A stretch of DNA of 63,327 bases, counting the filler, from Nemertoderma westbladi (taxonomy: Eukaryota; Animalia; Xenacoelomorpha), in the NCBI GenBank assembly GCA_032718475.1. It is 2 parts of 2 records of this genome, joined end to end, with 100 filler letters (N's around TTAATTAATTAA, not from the genome) between each part and the next. Parts side by side here need not be neighbours in the genome. Positions count along the whole stretch, not along the records: positions 31,989 to 63,327 come from JAUCBJ010002577.1; 1 more part is not named here. One strand, given 5' to 3'. This document shows, in pieces, positions 62,236 to 63,327 of the stretch. The notes below the pieces were generated by a model, which worked only from the letters and a program-made list of their open reading frames with translations, had not been told where the DNA came from and ran no database searches. Numbering within the stretch: the stretch's first letter is position 1; every line of letters begins with the position of its first letter. Position numbers and translations under genes: made by a program.

Positions 62236-62615
62236 CGCCAACTCACCACGGCTGTCACCAATCCATTCAACCAAGCAACCTACCAATCCAGCAGTAGGAT
62301 ACGTGTTGAAATTCCGCCACGTTTCCGGCTACACGTATACGAACATTTCCATAGTTATTTCCTATTCACGCAACCAACCAGTGTATACTGTATATGCTGA
62401 CAACGTGGCCACCAACTACAGCAGATATTATATTGATTGCCAACTCCACCACGGCTGTCACCAATCCAACCAACCAAGCGACCTGCCTACTCCAATGCTA
62501 TTATGAAATTCCGCCACGTCCCGGCTACACGTATACGAACAACATTTGCATAGTACTTACTCAACCTAACCAAACCCACAGCATCTGTGCCATATTGAAA
62601 GGCTACCACCGCTAA
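62236..62615 (+). repeat. Diverged ~203-bp tandem duplication
   Basis: CCACGGCTGTCACCAATCCA at 62246 and 62449; CCGGCTACACGTATACGAAC occurs twice. Confidence 0.75.
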
Positions 62616-63327
62616 CATTATATACTGCACGTTTTTATTATAATAATTATTGATTATTACACACACAACCCTATGATTCATATTCTTTCATGTATTTCCT
62701 ATCCACGCAATCAACCAGCCAGCTATTCATCCACGTTGCTCCTCATCTCTTTTCTTATTCGTCGATGATTATGACACGTACCATCTCTTCTTCGTTGACT
62801 ATGCCACATCACAAATTTATATATATAAGTGAATGCTTTTAATAAAATTCATCACTTCTAGTAATCTTCATGGTAATATATTGATACCATATCTAATTTT
62901 TTTGTTCTCACTCTGAAAATTGTGTTTTTTCCTTAATAATTTCTTCATTATCTTACTTGTTGGTCGGAAAATCATACACTCGAATAAATGTTACTGATTC
63001 CCGCATTGGGTTTCTAATCGTAATTATGTAACTCAAAGGAAATCTCGTTTGGATGTGTGGGAGAATTTTTAGTATCGATGAATATATTAATCAAACGACG
63101 ACACCTCAAAGATTATTTAAGAGCATATTACGATAACGAAGAAATTTCCAAGGAAAATACATCAATGTCAAAACTTATATCATGCTACTGTGTACACTTT
63201 GTGTAATTGACTCTGAAATTGATGTATTTCCTTGGAAATTTCTTCGTTATCGTAATATGCTCCTTACATAATCTTCGCGGTGTCGTCTTTTATTAATATA
63301 TTCATCGATACTATAAATTCTTCCTTA

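Overview
This is repeat-rich eukaryotic (very probably invertebrate animal) genomic DNA, not prokaryotic, with an N-gap at 31889-31988. The left 32 kb is a giant imperfect palindrome. Arm A (428-7436) and arm B (18611-31888, reverse complement) carry a Caspr/neurexin-IV-like terminal exon, a 32-40-bp satellite and the 5' end of a LINE. Arm B alone has a 5.7-kb CR1-group LINE insertion. The spacer holds the rest of an unusual LINE whose ORF1 contains a Ulp1/SENP-type (C48) cysteine protease and is split by a hAT-type MITE. It also holds a deleted BEL/Pao retrotransposon with an apparent ~4.3-kb LTR. Right of the gap lie an open 2057-codon BEL/Pao gag-pol, a decayed Gypsy element, a satellite-armed foldback-like element, a CR1-like LINE and several MITE/HINE elements. 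The stand-out is an intact, intronless 234-aa ORF (46146-46850, minus). By eye it aligns motif for motif with IL-18/IL-1 beta-trefoil cytokines, and it has a Cys-rich N-terminus and a caspase-type EETD site. It appears to sit inside the 5' LTR of the decayed Gypsy element, just downstream of a TGTGGGAA-rich array. All protein-family calls are by-eye motif recognition; no searches were run.
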